This document shows, one piece after another, positions 17,015 through 25,468 of a stretch of 64,000 bases of DNA (positions are counted from its first letter, which is position 1; each line of letters opens with the position of its first letter). The notes under the pieces are model-generated. The model did not search any database. It was not told where the DNA came from and was given only the letters and a program-made list of their open reading frames with translations. The DNA comes from an uncultured archaeon (GTDB lineage Archaea > Iainarchaeota > Iainarchaeia > Iainarchaeales > VGJJ01), in assembly GCA_964557045.1 (NCBI GenBank), contig CAZKYB010000001.1, positions 902-64,901 on the forward strand, given 5' to 3'. The translations under genes were made by a program, and so were the position numbers.

Positions 17015-17782
17015 TTACAACCCCTCCTCGATTTGGCTGGCAAACCCTTTGGTCTTCTCGATGAGAATCTCGCAGGCTTGTCGCAGGATGTCCTTGTTGG
17101 ATAATCCCCCGTGGGTTTCCATCATGAGGATAAAACTGGAATCATCGGCATCCACGCTGATGTTGGCGCTTCCACCCACTTCTTCGCAGTGACCGCACAG
17201 CGTACAGTCGCCGGGCTCGGTGATGTTGAGTTTCTTTCCTTTCATTTCTATGATTTTCACTGGGCATGAGTCCACGATTTTTTGCATCGTCTCGGAGGAG
17301 ATGTTTTCGGAAATGGTGAAAACGGGCATGGCGCGATATCCCACTACTCCGGGTTGATACTTCACGTGGTCCTTTCCCTGTCCCATGACCGCTTCTCCTT
17401 CCATCCGGACGCGCTGTCCAGCTTTCAATTTTGTGAGGGGGATGCGTTCATCCACGACTTTCAAGGCCGTGTCGGCAAGCTTGATGTCCTTCGAATAGAC
17501 GGTTCCCGGTCCGCTCACATCCAATGCGAACTTGACCTTGTCTCCGAGTTTGTAGTTCTTAGAGTCCGTAACAATCGGGACCATTCCCAATCGGTGTCCC
17601 AAGAATTCGTCGAACAATACGGAGTTGTTCTCGTATACGGCCAATTCTTCGATGGCTAAAACGGGCACTTCGCTCAAAATGGTCCGTCGGATCGCATTGA
17701 TCGTGGGGGTATTCGTCCCTTTGATCAGGATGTGGGTCGTATTCCCCTTGTCCGTCAACACTTTGATTGCGTTTCTGGCCAT
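17015..17782 (-). CDS. rpoD: DNA-directed RNA polymerase subunit D (Rpb3-like, with Fe-S Cys motif)
   Basis: TINAIRRTILSEVPVLAIEELAVYENNSVLFDEFLGHRLGMVPI, plus CPVKI...CTLCGHCEE. Confidence 0.93.
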   Translation of the reverse strand: MARNAIKVLTDKGNTTHILIKGTNTPTINAIRRTILSEVPVLAIEELAVYENNSVLFDEFLGHRLGMVPIVTDSKNYKLGDKVKFALDVSGPGTVYSKDIKLADTALKVVDERIPLTKLKAGQRVRMEGEAVMGQGKDHVKYQPGVVGYRAMPVFTISENISSETMQKIVDSCPVKIIEMKGKKLNITEPGDCTLCGHCEEVGGSANISVDADDSSFILMMETHGGLSNKDILRQACEILIEKTKGFASQIEEGL

Positions 17783-17796
17783 GCGTGTTCAGCTCC

Positions 17797-18192
17797 TTAG
17801 ACCTTCTTGCTCCGATGTTTCTTTTTCTTCCGCGTTCCATCGTGGGGCGTGGGAGTAACATTTTCAATGGAAAGAATGCGAATTCCGTTTCGCGTCAGGC
17901 TTCGAATCGAGGCCTCGGCTCCCTGTCCGGGATTGCGGGGTCGGATTCCACCCTTGGCTCGAACTCGAACGTGAACCAAGCTGATTCCTTTTTCGCGCGC
18001 CTTCTGGGCGATCGTTTCGGCAATCTTCATGGCGGCGTACGGGCTTCCTTCTTTGTGCTGGGTCTTCACGACGATTCCGCCCGAGCACTTGGCCAGGGTT
18101 TCAGCACCCGTCATGTCCGTGAGGAGCATGATGGTGTTGTTGTGCGTCGCGAAAATGTGCACCAATCCTACTTTTGCGTCAGTTGCAGCCAT
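17797..18192 (-). CDS. rps11: 30S ribosomal protein uS11
   Basis: GLVHIFATHNNTIMLLTD...VRVRAKGG...PGQGAEASIRSLTRNGIRILSIENVTPTPHDG. Confidence 0.95.
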   Translation of the reverse strand: MAATDAKVGLVHIFATHNNTIMLLTDMTGAETLAKCSGGIVVKTQHKEGSPYAAMKIAETIAQKAREKGISLVHVRVRAKGGIRPRNPGQGAEASIRSLTRNGIRILSIENVTPTPHDGTRKKKKHRSKKV

Positions 18193-18198
18193 ACGGTA

Positions 18199-18852
18199 TC
18201 ACTTCCCTTCCTGGGCATCCGTATTAGCTGCGGCGGCAGCGTCGGGATTGACCGGTTTTTCTTCAACTTCGCCGCGCAACAGGGATTCCGTTCCTTCGGG
18301 CTCCCCGCGTGCTTCGGCGAATTCTTTCTCTAATTGTTTCTTATCTTTCGTAACCGCTTGTGGGTTCGTCAAGACCATGGGGGTTCCATGATAGGCAATG
18401 CTGGCTTCCTCGTCCTTCGTGACCATGTACGAAGGCACGGTCACCTTGGTTCCACCCACGGCAATGTGTCCGTGCGTGATGAATTGTCGGGCCTGCTTGA
18501 CCGTCTGGGCGAGGTGCTTTCTCCACACAATCGTTTGGAGTCGTCGTTCCAGGAAGGATTCGACGTTCAATGAGAGGACTTCACTCAATGAAGGCTTTCC
18601 GCGCATGATTCCCATTCGAACCAACGAGTCGAGCAATTCTTTTTCCTTCTCCACACGCTGTTCCACGGGCAATGCGAGGATTTTCTTGGCATTGCTACGC
18701 TTCATGCGCACGAAGGCATCGACGCGTCGCAATTCTCGCTTATTTCGAAGACCATACGTCTCGCGGAGTTCGCGTTCGCTGTCCAAGAGCTTCTTGTCCC
18801 AAGGCTTCTTGGGGGTTCCATACATTTTTCGTGCGAATTTCGGGTCACCCAT
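18199..18852 (-). CDS. rps4: 30S ribosomal protein uS4 (acidic/Ala-rich C-terminal extension)
   Basis: MGDPKFARKMYGTPKKPWDK...YGLRNKRELRR. I chose ATG 18852 because a GGTGA SD lies 6 nt upstream of it. The ORF-track start at 18858 abuts the SD. Confidence 0.93.
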   Translation of the reverse strand: MGDPKFARKMYGTPKKPWDKKLLDSERELRETYGLRNKRELRRVDAFVRMKRSNAKKILALPVEQRVEKEKELLDSLVRMGIMRGKPSLSEVLSLNVESFLERRLQTIVWRKHLAQTVKQARQFITHGHIAVGGTKVTVPSYMVTKDEEASIAYHGTPMVLTNPQAVTKDKKQLEKEFAEARGEPEGTESLLRGEVEEKPVNPDAAAAANTDAQEGK

Positions 18853-18864
18853 AAACATTCACCT

Positions 18865-19374
18865 TTACTTCTTTTTCTCCGGAGCGGCGGCGGGCTTTGC
18901 AGCGGGCTTGGCTTCGACTTTCTTCTCGACTCCGACCGTGGATCCCTTGTGTCGTCCAGCCGTTCGGGTGCGCTGCCCTCTAACGGTGAGTCCGAGCGAG
19001 TGTCGGATTCCCTTGTAGGACTTGACCTTTCGCATCGTCTGCATGTCGTTTCGGATGGCGAAATCAAGTTCGTTGACAACCAAGTGAGTGGACTGTCCTT
19101 CTACTGCTCTGCGTCGGTTGAGCATCCACTCAGGCAATCCATGCTTGGCGGGGTGCAAGACAATGTCTTCCAACTTCAAATCCATGTCTTCCGTGAGGCT
19201 TCCCAACGGGGTGGTGAAGGGCACGTGGTGTTCCTTCTGGAATTGATAGGCGATCACGCGGGCGGTTCGGATACCGATTCCCTTAATCCCCGTGAGGGCG
19301 CGATAAATAGGTTTATTTCCATTCAAGTCGCGGCTTGCGATACGTACAAAATAACGGTGTTCAGCCATGGTCAT
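18865..19374 (-). CDS. rps13: 30S ribosomal protein uS13 (start may be ATG 19368)
   Basis: FVRIASRDLNGNKPIYRALTGIKGIGIRTARVI. Confidence 0.93.
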   Translation of the reverse strand: MTMAEHRYFVRIASRDLNGNKPIYRALTGIKGIGIRTARVIAYQFQKEHHVPFTTPLGSLTEDMDLKLEDIVLHPAKHGLPEWMLNRRRAVEGQSTHLVVNELDFAIRNDMQTMRKVKSYKGIRHSLGLTVRGQRTRTAGRHKGSTVGVEKKVEAKPAAKPAAAPEKKK

Positions 19375-19382
19375 TCATCCCC

Positions 19383-19610
19383 TTATTCCTTGAGTGCCTC
19401 GGTTAGGTCTTTCTTCGTGTACCCCGTTGAGAGTCCCACTTTCTGGGTGGTGGGCATCAGGTGCGCGATGTTGACGCGTCCCTTTTTCGTCTGGGGTCCT
19501 TCTACAATCGCAAATCCTTTCGTGGCTTTTTCGACCACGATGACTTTGCTTCCCGCGTCTCTACCATGCGTCTTGTAACACACTCGTCCAATCGTAAAAA
19601 TTTCACTCAT
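19383..19610 (-). CDS. rpl14e: 50S ribosomal protein eL14 (L14e)
   Basis: The internal ATG at 19610 gives MSEIFTIGRVCYKTHGRDAGSKVIVVEKATKGFAIVEG (KOW-like L14e). The upstream part of the 152-aa ORF overlaps rpl34e and was discarded. Confidence 0.88.
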   Translation of the reverse strand: MSEIFTIGRVCYKTHGRDAGSKVIVVEKATKGFAIVEGPQTKKGRVNIAHLMPTTQKVGLSTGYTKKDLTEALKE

Positions 19611-19948
19611 GCGCTCACCTTCTTGTCGAGCTGCAACACATACTGCTTCACGGTGAGGTCCAAATCGCCCAACGATTTGACTCCCGCTTTCACCTTGACG
19701 GCTTCCAAGGTAACCATGCTTCGGCAGGTTCCGCACAAAATTCCAGCGAATGCTCCGGTGGGTCGCTTGGCGGACTTGGAGGTGCGCTTGGTTTCCGAAG
19801 ACGTTTTTCCGTGCGTGACACCGTGGAGTTGTTTGTCGCACAGTGCGCAGCGCAGCTTGGCGTGCTTCTTCGTAACATTAATCATGCGTGTGCCTTTGGC
19901 GCTTTTTCGGAAAGACCGTAGTTTTCTTCGTTCGGATTTATTGGGCAT
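19607..19948 (-). CDS. rpl34e: 50S ribosomal protein eL34 (L34e)
   Basis: Basic N-terminus, then CALCDKQLHGV...GGILCGTC, a zinc-ribbon-like pattern. Confidence 0.88.
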   Translation of the reverse strand: MPNKSERRKLRSFRKSAKGTRMINVTKKHAKLRCALCDKQLHGVTHGKTSSETKRTSKSAKRPTGAFAGILCGTCRSMVTLEAVKVKAGVKSLGDLDLTVKQYVLQLDKKVSA

Positions 19949-20447
19949 GTTTCATTCCTTCGTTTTGGTTTTGCGTGTGATGAGTGTGATTTGTTTCTTT
20001 TTCCTTTTTTTCGTGGTACCAATTCATGACGTGATTGACGAACAATGATATGATCAGGGAGCACAGGAGATAGTACCAGAACCAATCCACCTGCGGCCAC
20101 ACCCAACTGAATGGGGGGAAGAAGGGGAGTTGCTTTCCGTCGTACACCTGGTGGACCAGCGCGAACAGGGGGAGAAATACAATCATGTTGGCAATCATCA
20201 TCTTGGGCATGTTTTTCATGCTCGCCGTGGTGATTTCCATCATTTCTTTTTGTATTTTTTCCGTTTCCTGTGGGTCTGCTTTTCCTCCTTGTGACATCAG
20301 CTCCTTGTATCGTTTGTTGACTTCCTGCATTTTCTTCTGGCTTCTTCGGACTTCCTTTCGATCCGTGAGTACGGTTTGGAGGACTTGGCTGATGACCGCA
20401 AATCCTGCGGAAATCAACACCAAATCCATTGCCGGGCTCAGGAACAT
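19938..20447 (-). CDS. DUF106/EMC3-TMCO1-like membrane protein (archaeal Oxa1/YidC-superfamily insertase candidate)
   Basis: 169 aa. TM1, then a coiled KE-rich loop (RRSQKKMQEVNKRYKELM...EKIQKEMMEI), then 2 TM segments. It occupies the conserved position next to secY. Confidence 0.7.
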   Translation of the reverse strand: MFLSPAMDLVLISAGFAVISQVLQTVLTDRKEVRRSQKKMQEVNKRYKELMSQGGKADPQETEKIQKEMMEITTASMKNMPKMMIANMIVFLPLFALVHQVYDGKQLPFFPPFSWVWPQVDWFWYYLLCSLIISLFVNHVMNWYHEKKEKETNHTHHTQNQNEGMKHAQ

Positions 20448-20561
20448 AGGATAAAGGCCGAATAACCCGTTTTTTCCATTCGCAGGAAAGGGTTTCCTAA
20501 CCCAATCCCCCTGGGGAATGTTTTAAAACGTTGGTTGGTTCTCGGCTCATTTTTCACCCCT

Positions 20562-21947
20562 TTATTTCTCTCCGAAGAAGGCTTTGAGGGCCGGGTGCAT
20601 GTCCATGAGTTGCGCCTTGGCCAATTCTTCGTATAATCGGTACACAATACCACAGGCCAATAGGACCCCGGTTCCGGAGACCAGCGAGGCCACCGTGATG
20701 TCGGACAATCCTGCAAGTAAAGCCACGAAAATGGATCCCAGGATGGTGACCTGCGGAATATAGCGGTCGAGGACCTTCTGCATGATGCGCGGGTCGCGTC
20801 GGAAGCCCGGAATGGACATCCCGCTTCGGTCCAATTGCTCGGAGACCGCCTTGCTTCCTTGTCCGCCTAACTCAATCCAGAATCGACCGAAGACGATACA
20901 GACGAGGACGAGGAGGACAAGGTAGCTGATGGCCTGGAGAATCTCAACGCCGGTGGTGGAGGTGATTCCTAATGTGAGGAGTCCTTCGACCAATGAAAAG
21001 CTCCCTCCCACACGTGGAGCAGTGGTCGCCCACGACAGTCCAGCGAAGAATTCCTTGACGAACGGTACGCCTTGCACGAGGGAGGCCCACAGGTGGATAT
21101 TGGCAAATAGCGCCGCGGCGAGAATGACGGGCATATTACTCACATAGAGGAATTTCACCGGAAATCGTCCACCCGCACCACTCTGTCCCATGGCAATGGG
21201 AATGTTCACGTGCATTCCTTCCGCAAATACCACCACTAAGAAAATCAAAATGACGAAGAGGATGGGGATGAATCCCACAAATGCAGCATAGGCGTTTCCT
21301 TCAATGAGGGATTGGAAAACCGTGAAGATTCGTCCGGCGCTTCCGAATTGGTCCGCGGGTCGGAAGACCTGCCAGAAGAATCCTTGGGCAACTCCTCCCG
21401 CAATGAACAATCCGATTCCGGATCCGATTCCCCACTTGGAAACCAATTCATCCAAGTACAACAAGATGATCGAACCGATGGCAATCTGCAATAACACAAA
21501 CAGGAACATGCCCGGCGCGGCTTGAAGGAATCCAATTCCGGGAATACCAAATCCTAAGAACGCCGCTCCTTCAAAAAACGAAAGAATAATGGCGAGTAAT
21601 TTTTGAGTAGCAGTAAAACGAGCTTTATTTTCAGGAATGGTTAGATCAATTTGAAGGAATCCTCCTCCGACCAATAATTGCAGGATAATGGAAGCTAAAA
21701 CAATCGGCCCAATTCCCACCGTAATCAATGATCCGATGTCGGAGGCTAATATGGTTTGAAGGGCTTCGACCTGCTGAATCGAAGTTCCCGTGAGGCCGAT
21801 CAGTTCGATCTGCCCCATGACAAAAAATAGAATGAGGGCGAGCGCGGTGTAGATGAGCTTGGTCATCAACGGCGGACTAACCTCCGGTCGGCGTACTTCA
21901 GGCAAAAGCTTCAGGATAGGATCCAGCTTCGCGAAGACGTCCACCAT
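20562..21947 (-). CDS. secY: preprotein translocase subunit SecY
   Basis: 461 aa with a 10-TM pattern. GIGPIVLASIILQLL and GMSIPGFR motifs are present. The ATGA overlaps the rpl15 stop. Confidence 0.95.
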   Translation of the reverse strand: MVDVFAKLDPILKLLPEVRRPEVSPPLMTKLIYTALALILFFVMGQIELIGLTGTSIQQVEALQTILASDIGSLITVGIGPIVLASIILQLLVGGGFLQIDLTIPENKARFTATQKLLAIILSFFEGAAFLGFGIPGIGFLQAAPGMFLFVLLQIAIGSIILLYLDELVSKWGIGSGIGLFIAGGVAQGFFWQVFRPADQFGSAGRIFTVFQSLIEGNAYAAFVGFIPILFVILIFLVVVFAEGMHVNIPIAMGQSGAGGRFPVKFLYVSNMPVILAAALFANIHLWASLVQGVPFVKEFFAGLSWATTAPRVGGSFSLVEGLLTLGITSTTGVEILQAISYLVLLVLVCIVFGRFWIELGGQGSKAVSEQLDRSGMSIPGFRRDPRIMQKVLDRYIPQVTILGSIFVALLAGLSDITVASLVSGTGVLLACGIVYRLYEELAKAQLMDMHPALKAFFGEK

Positions 21948-22429
21948 CAGTTACCGCCGTCCCCGGCCGATGGGTCTACGACTTTCGTCTCGCCACCGCC
22001 CGATTTGAATGAATCTTCGATTTCGCCGTCGGCGTCTTCAATTTTCTGCCGGGCTTTTTCGGTTACCTTCACGTTCTTGATGAGCAAATCCGAGGGAGCG
22101 TCTCCTCCGCCGAGGATCTTCCCAATTCCTACTTTGCTTCCGTCGAGGACCCACATTCCGTCGGCCTGTTCGACTTTTCCTTTCTTGGTCCATTCGGCCA
22201 AGTGCTCGGAAATCTGCGTCAGATTCAATGCCTTTCCTTGCTTGGCGGCGTGCTGGCGCACTTTGATTCCAAATGTACTATAGTATTTGGAAAACTTGTG
22301 CTTGTGAGATCCGGCGCGTCCCACTCCTCCGCGGTTTCCAGAACCTCGGCGGTTCTTCGTGTCCCCGTGACCGTGGGTTCGTTCTCCGAGTTGCTTCAAG
22401 CGCGTGGTTTTTCTTTTTCGTACGACCAT
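21947..22429 (-). CDS. rpl15: 50S ribosomal protein uL15
   Basis: THGHGDTKNRRGSGNRGGVGRAGSHKHKFS. Confidence 0.93.
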   Translation of the reverse strand: MVVRKRKTTRLKQLGERTHGHGDTKNRRGSGNRGGVGRAGSHKHKFSKYYSTFGIKVRQHAAKQGKALNLTQISEHLAEWTKKGKVEQADGMWVLDGSKVGIGKILGGGDAPSDLLIKNVKVTEKARQKIEDADGEIEDSFKSGGGETKVVDPSAGDGGN

Positions 22430-22441
22430 ATTTTCACCTTT

Positions 22442-22900
22442 TTACATCATTTGCCCAAGCAATTCGTCCATTCCTTGCGGATGGAAGCCGAGCGGTCCTT
22501 TTAATGTAACCGGTTTTTTGATTCCGATTTTTCCATATCCCTTTTTGGGTGAGTTCAAGCGGAAAACTTTCTTGATTCCCACTTGCTTGAGTGTAATTTT
22601 CCCTGTTGAGAGTGCGTGGGCGAGGTCGTTGAACGTGGAAAGTTTGTGGGCCTTTAAGGTTTCAACCTTGACGGGCTTGTCTCCTTCCAATCGTCCGCGC
22701 TTTTCGATCAGCTTGGCGATGGTTTCGGCTTTTACTTTACCGTAGGCGACATAGTCCTGCATTTTCTTCAGGGCCATATCATTCTCATTCAAGTCCACCA
22801 TGACGCAGTGGTTCTTTCGGTCCAAGTTAAACGTTTCCAGCGTCTTTCGGATTTCCGGCTGGATATTCTTGAGTCCGCGGATTCGTACAATGGCAATCAT
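22442..22900 (-). CDS. rpl30: 50S ribosomal protein uL30
   Basis: MIAIVRIRGLKNIQPEIRKTLETFNLDRKNHCV. Confidence 0.93.
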   Translation of the reverse strand: MIAIVRIRGLKNIQPEIRKTLETFNLDRKNHCVMVDLNENDMALKKMQDYVAYGKVKAETIAKLIEKRGRLEGDKPVKVETLKAHKLSTFNDLAHALSTGKITLKQVGIKKVFRLNSPKKGYGKIGIKKPVTLKGPLGFHPQGMDELLGQMM

Positions 22901-23832
22901 GCGGTGTGTCCCCCTCGAGCCTTACTCATCTTGCGCGTCATGTCCGGAGACATGCGAACCTGATTTAGGCGTTCAAGTGCGTTGTAGGCGGCGCGAACAT
23001 AGTTGAGCTTCGTGTCCGAGCTTCCCGTGGTGCGTCCCCACACATCCGTAATTCCGGCGAATCGGAACACATCTTGAATGTGCTTCCCCACCACCAATCC
23101 CGTTCCGTTGGGAGCGGGAGAGACCGTGACGCGGACAGATCCGCACTTTCCGGTAATCTTGAAAGGTACACTTCGCGTGGTGTCCGAGAAGTCCTGCCAT
23201 GAGCCGCTTCCGGCACGCACGGGCATGAGTTTCAATCGGGCATCTCGGGAGGCCTTACGGATGGCTCCGAATCGTTCTTTGTCGGATCCCAATCCTAATC
23301 CAATGTAGTTCTTCCCGTCTCCAACCAAAACATACGCCGAGAAGTTGAAGCTTCGTCCAGCGGCGCGAACATAGGCGGTTTTGCGCGTGTCAATCATTTT
23401 TTCGTTCAAATCAGGGACCAAGTAGTCAATGATTTCGGATTCCAAAATGGGGAGGTTGCGATTCCACAGCTCATCCATGGAGGTGATCTCTCCCTTCTGC
23501 ACGAGCTTTCCGGCTTCCGTGCGGGGGTTCCAATTGTTGAGGGTGTTTTGTCGGTCGCGCTGCTCGGCTGACATGGGGGCCGAGGCTTGCATTTCTTTCA
23601 ATTGCTCGTCCGTCATGGTTTCCTTTCGTACGGCCGTCAAGTCTCGTCGGGGTCCGCCTCGTCCGGCAAATCCGCCGCGTCCACCGCGGGCATCTCCGCC
23701 TCGTCCGCCACCGCGTCCGCCGAATCCGCCGCGTCCGCCTCCGCGTCCGCCGGTTTGGGGCTTGCGAGAGGGCATCTTTCGTGCGCCGGGTCGTCCGCTA
23801 CCGCGGGGTCCCTTGGGTTTTGCATCACTCAT
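22897..23832 (-). CDS. rps5: 30S ribosomal protein uS5 with an RGG-repeat N-terminal extension of about 70-100 aa
   Basis: Core: SFNFSAYVLVGDGKNYIGLGLGSDKERFGAIRKA...KCGSVRVTVSPAPNGTGLVVG. N-terminus: GGRGGGRGGFGGRGGGRGGDARGGRGGFAGRGGPRR. ATG 23832 overlaps the rpl18 stop (ATGA). Confidence 0.9.
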   Translation of the reverse strand: MSDAKPKGPRGSGRPGARKMPSRKPQTGGRGGGRGGFGGRGGGRGGDARGGRGGFAGRGGPRRDLTAVRKETMTDEQLKEMQASAPMSAEQRDRQNTLNNWNPRTEAGKLVQKGEITSMDELWNRNLPILESEIIDYLVPDLNEKMIDTRKTAYVRAAGRSFNFSAYVLVGDGKNYIGLGLGSDKERFGAIRKASRDARLKLMPVRAGSGSWQDFSDTTRSVPFKITGKCGSVRVTVSPAPNGTGLVVGKHIQDVFRFAGITDVWGRTTGSSDTKLNYVRAAYNALERLNQVRMSPDMTRKMSKARGGHTA

Positions 23833-24410
23833 TTGTTACCGCCCTCCAATATGGCTTTCTTGGCGTTCTCCACGGCCTTGGAGAACTCGGCCGTGTTGAC
23901 TTTTTTGGATGAATAGGTCGAGAATTGCAGCGTGTGCTTTTTCGCTGACTCATGTTTCGCGTATGCGTCCACGTGCTTTCCGTGCAATCGGTCTTCTTTG
24001 GGCAATGCCACTGCATCGACCATCACATTAACTCCGGCGTCCTGGATTCCTTTCACGGCGGCGTACAATCGCGTTCCGTGAATGGAGGGTTGGACGCCTA
24101 AATCAACAATCACCGACTCGGCTTTTCCCTTCATTCGGGTTCCGGCGAGCAATCCGGTCAAGTAGGCGGCGGGAATATTTCCTCCGTGTCCGGCGTAGTG
24201 GAATTGGGTCAATTCCTTCGTGTGCGCGGCGGCCACGACGGAATCTTTTCCATTAAGTGTGGTAACGAACTGCACGCCCAAGTTATTCGTGGACTTTCGA
24301 ATCACGGCGCGGGGCTTTCCGCTCTTGACGAAGGCCATTCGCTTCACGTAGTTGGTTCGTCCCTCGGCGCGTCGGCGGAAGGCCGTGCGGAAGGTGCTGG
24401 TCTTACTCAT
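23829..24410 (-). CDS. rpl18: 50S ribosomal protein uL18
   Basis: FRRRAEGRTNYVKRMAFVKSGKPRAVIRKSTNNLGVQFV. Confidence 0.93.
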   Translation of the reverse strand: MSKTSTFRTAFRRRAEGRTNYVKRMAFVKSGKPRAVIRKSTNNLGVQFVTTLNGKDSVVAAAHTKELTQFHYAGHGGNIPAAYLTGLLAGTRMKGKAESVIVDLGVQPSIHGTRLYAAVKGIQDAGVNVMVDAVALPKEDRLHGKHVDAYAKHESAKKHTLQFSTYSSKKVNTAEFSKAVENAKKAILEGGNK

Positions 24411-24844
24411 TTAGTGGCCCCCTCGATCGTCTGTTGCAAATGCTTGGTTCCGCGGAAGTGGTTTCCTTTAACTTGCTTGTAGAGCGCGCGGTAGGTTCCC
24501 TTCAATTTCCCGGCTTTCTTGTAGTCTTGCAAGGTCTTGCGCAAGGCGCGAACGCGGGCAATCCATTGTTCGCGCGGTTTTGAGCGTGCTTTCTTGGTTC
24601 CGGTTCGCTTTCCTTTTCCGGACTTTCGACCTAAGCGTTTCTTGGCGTGCAGGATACGGGCGGCTCCGCGCGAGTGTTGAGCGTCTTGTCGTTTTCGCAC
24701 GATGCGCTGGGCGATGAGTCCGCGGATGTCGTCTCGCGTCATGGCTTCCATGGCCTTGACTGTTTGCGTGGAGTCGATCCAAATCTTAGATTCTCCAACC
24801 CCGAGGATGTCGGCTGCCATTCGCTTGATTTTTCGTGGATTCAT
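24407..24844 (-). CDS. rpl19e: 50S ribosomal protein eL19 (L19e)
   Basis: KRMAADILGVGESKIWID...RGLIAQRIVRK. Confidence 0.93.
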   Translation of the reverse strand: MNPRKIKRMAADILGVGESKIWIDSTQTVKAMEAMTRDDIRGLIAQRIVRKRQDAQHSRGAARILHAKKRLGRKSGKGKRTGTKKARSKPREQWIARVRALRKTLQDYKKAGKLKGTYRALYKQVKGNHFRGTKHLQQTIEGATK

Positions 24845-24865
24845 CGTGCATCATTTCCTTTTGTT

Positions 24866-25468
24866 TTAGTTCAGCACCGGGATTTTTTTCTCGTTGGCGA
24901 ACTTGATGAGTTCAATTTTCTTTTTTCGTCCAATGGTTCCGGAGATTCTCGCGGCGTGCATGGGCTTGATCATTTCCAAATCCTTTCGCGTGAAGACCAT
25001 GACTTCGCGGTATCCTGAAGGATGAATTCCTCGGATGGCTCGAGGTCCGCGGTATCCGACATCCACCACGGCACCATCGTCGCGTCGCTGCTGCATGTCT
25101 TCCCCTCGCGGCTTGCGCCACTTATCATACTTGGGGTTGTTGCGCGTGCGCATGTGCTTCTTACCAAATCGTCCCCAGAAGACGGGCTTCCATTTGGTCA
25201 GCAAGTCTTCTTGAACGTCTTTTGTTTTCGCGTCCTTCTTGACCTTTTCCTTCTTCACCCAAACCGCTTTCTTTCCTTTCTTCTTGGCGGGCTTGTTGGG
25301 GGTGGGGTCGTTCTTGACGGTTTCCTTGGCTTTTCCTTTGGCAGGAGCTGCCTTTGTTTCCGTCGCTTTGGCTTCGGCAACCGGCTTGGCGGCCTTGGCC
25401 TCAACCGGTGCTTTCGCTTCGTGCGCGTGAGCCGTTTCATTCGGTGCGTGCGTGTGTTCGGCTGTCAT
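24866..25468 (-). CDS. rpl32e: 50S ribosomal protein eL32 (L32e) with a K/A/P-rich N-terminal extension of about 95 aa
   Basis: Core: KWRKPRGEDMQQRRDDGAVVDVGYRGPRAIRGIHPSGYREVMV. N-terminus: AKAPVEAKAAKPVAEAKATETKAAPAKGKAKE...KKKGKKAVWVKKEKVKKDAK. ATG 25468 overlaps the rpl6 stop (ATGA). Confidence 0.9.
   Translation of the reverse strand: MTAEHTHAPNETAHAHEAKAPVEAKAAKPVAEAKATETKAAPAKGKAKETVKNDPTPNKPAKKKGKKAVWVKKEKVKKDAKTKDVQEDLLTKWKPVFWGRFGKKHMRTRNNPKYDKWRKPRGEDMQQRRDDGAVVDVGYRGPRAIRGIHPSGYREVMVFTRKDLEMIKPMHAARISGTIGRKKKIELIKFANEKKIPVLN

Noticed and set aside
15977-17104. 375-aa plus-strand ORF
   Set aside because: It runs antisense across rpl13, rpl18e and tRNA-Leu. Its composition is low-complexity and mirror-like, and the opposite strand has unmistakable conserved genes.
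19611-19841. N-terminal 77 codons of the 152-aa ORF containing eL14
   Set aside because: It overlaps rpl34e in another frame. eL14 homology starts at the internal ATG 19610. The same logic removes the upstream extensions of tuf (41466-41618), rpl23 (32707-32781), crtB (60333-60395), the GGR gene (61574-61666) and the 38744 gene (39089-39115).
23640-23790. GC-rich imperfect triplet or 9-mer repeats (cgtccgcc...), considered as a tandem repeat or array
   Set aside because: The periodicity is 3 nt and in frame with uS5. It encodes the RGG repeats. There is no spacer-repeat organisation, so it is not a CRISPR array or a satellite.
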